From the NCBI GenBank assembly GCA_041178425.1, contig JBEGVH010000031.1, positions 96,001 through 160,000 of the forward strand: DNA of 64,000 nucleotides. The letters run 5' to 3'. The DNA comes from Pseudomonadota bacterium. GTDB taxonomy: Bacteria; Bdellovibrionota; Bdellovibrionia; Bdellovibrionales; Bdellovibrionaceae. The position numbers and the translations under genes are program-made. Under the pieces are notes generated by a model. The model saw nothing but the letters and a program-made list of their open reading frames with translations, was not told the DNA's origin and searched no databases. Below, piece by piece: positions 63,401-64,000 of this stretch. The stretch's first letter is position 1. Each line of letters opens with the position of its first letter.

Positions 63401-64000
63401 ATGAACATTCAAGAGAACAAAAAAAAGGTACACTTTATTAGTCTTGGTTGCCCCAAGAATCTTGTGGATAGCGAAATTATGGCGGGTACGCTAATGAAAG
63501 ATGGCTACGAAATAGTGGCTGAAGCGGATGAGGCCGATACGGTCATCGTCAATACCTGCGGATTTATCGAAGACTCTAAAAAAGAATCAATTCAAAAGAT
63601 TCTCGAAGTCTCTGACCTCAAAACTGCCGGACAAGTAAAGCGAGTCGTCGTTGCTGGATGTCTCACGCAAAGATACAAGGATGAGCTTGTTGAGGGACTT
63701 CCCGAGGCGGATTTATTTGTGGGCTCTGGAGAGTTTCAAAATATTGGTAAAATTTTGAAAGAGCATAGCCAGGGAAGAGAGCAAAAAACATTTTTTAATT
63801 TACCTACTTATCTTCAAGAAGAAAGTACTCCCCGAGTCAATTCACAGCCAGGACATCGTGCCTACATTAAGATTTCTGAAGGCTGCTTGAAGCGTTGTTC
63901 TTTCTGCGCGATTCCAATGATTCGAGGAAATCTACAGAGTCGTTCTTTAAGCCATATTGTTAGTGAAGCAAAACTTCTCGCAGCAGGCGGGGTAAAAGAG
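63401..64000 (+). CDS. rimO: Ribosomal protein S12 methylthiotransferase RimO (3' truncated by window)
   Basis: ISLGCPKNLVDSE, VNTCGFIE, YIKISEGCLKRCSFCAIP. Confidence 0.93.
   Translation, partial: MNIQENKKKVHFISLGCPKNLVDSEIMAGTLMKDGYEIVAEADEADTVIVNTCGFIEDSKKESIQKILEVSDLKTAGQVKRVVVAGCLTQRYKDELVEGLPEADLFVGSGEFQNIGKILKEHSQGREQKTFFNLPTYLQEESTPRVNSQPGHRAYIKISEGCLKRCSFCAIPMIRGNLQSRSLSHIVSEAKLLAAGGVKE

Overview
Compact bacterial chromosomal segment. Gene content, codon style and gene order point to a Bdellovibrionota (Bdellovibrio-like predator); this assignment is inference. The core genes are the atpF(partial)-H-A-G-D-C operon, mfd, a membrane-arm-only nuoA-H-J-K-L-M-N cluster, a three-part biotin acyl-CoA carboxylase, tatB/tatC, an M16 peptidase, hemW-grpE-dnaJ-lpoA-like, dksA/traR, lon, nucleoside salvage genes (guaD, PNP, thymidine phosphorylase, deoC), trhP, a sigma28-driven flagellin, pilT, rng, groES/EL, comF, lolA and partial rimO. 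An accessory block (25.2-34.3 kb) encodes a giant Cys-rich Ig-like repeat lipoprotein, a SprT/DUF2786 protein and predicted outer-membrane proteins. The most striking unexplained element is the intergenic region at 17122-17625. It holds about 16 copies of a palindromic decamer (TGRNTANYCA), 11 of them in tandem at 9-12 bp spacing (mostly 11). The array is bracketed by two clusters of co-oriented DnaA boxes and lies directly upstream of a small HTH + leucine-zipper gene. This is a candidate undescribed centromere-like or replication-control protein-DNA system. No tRNA, rRNA, CRISPR array or transposase was seen.
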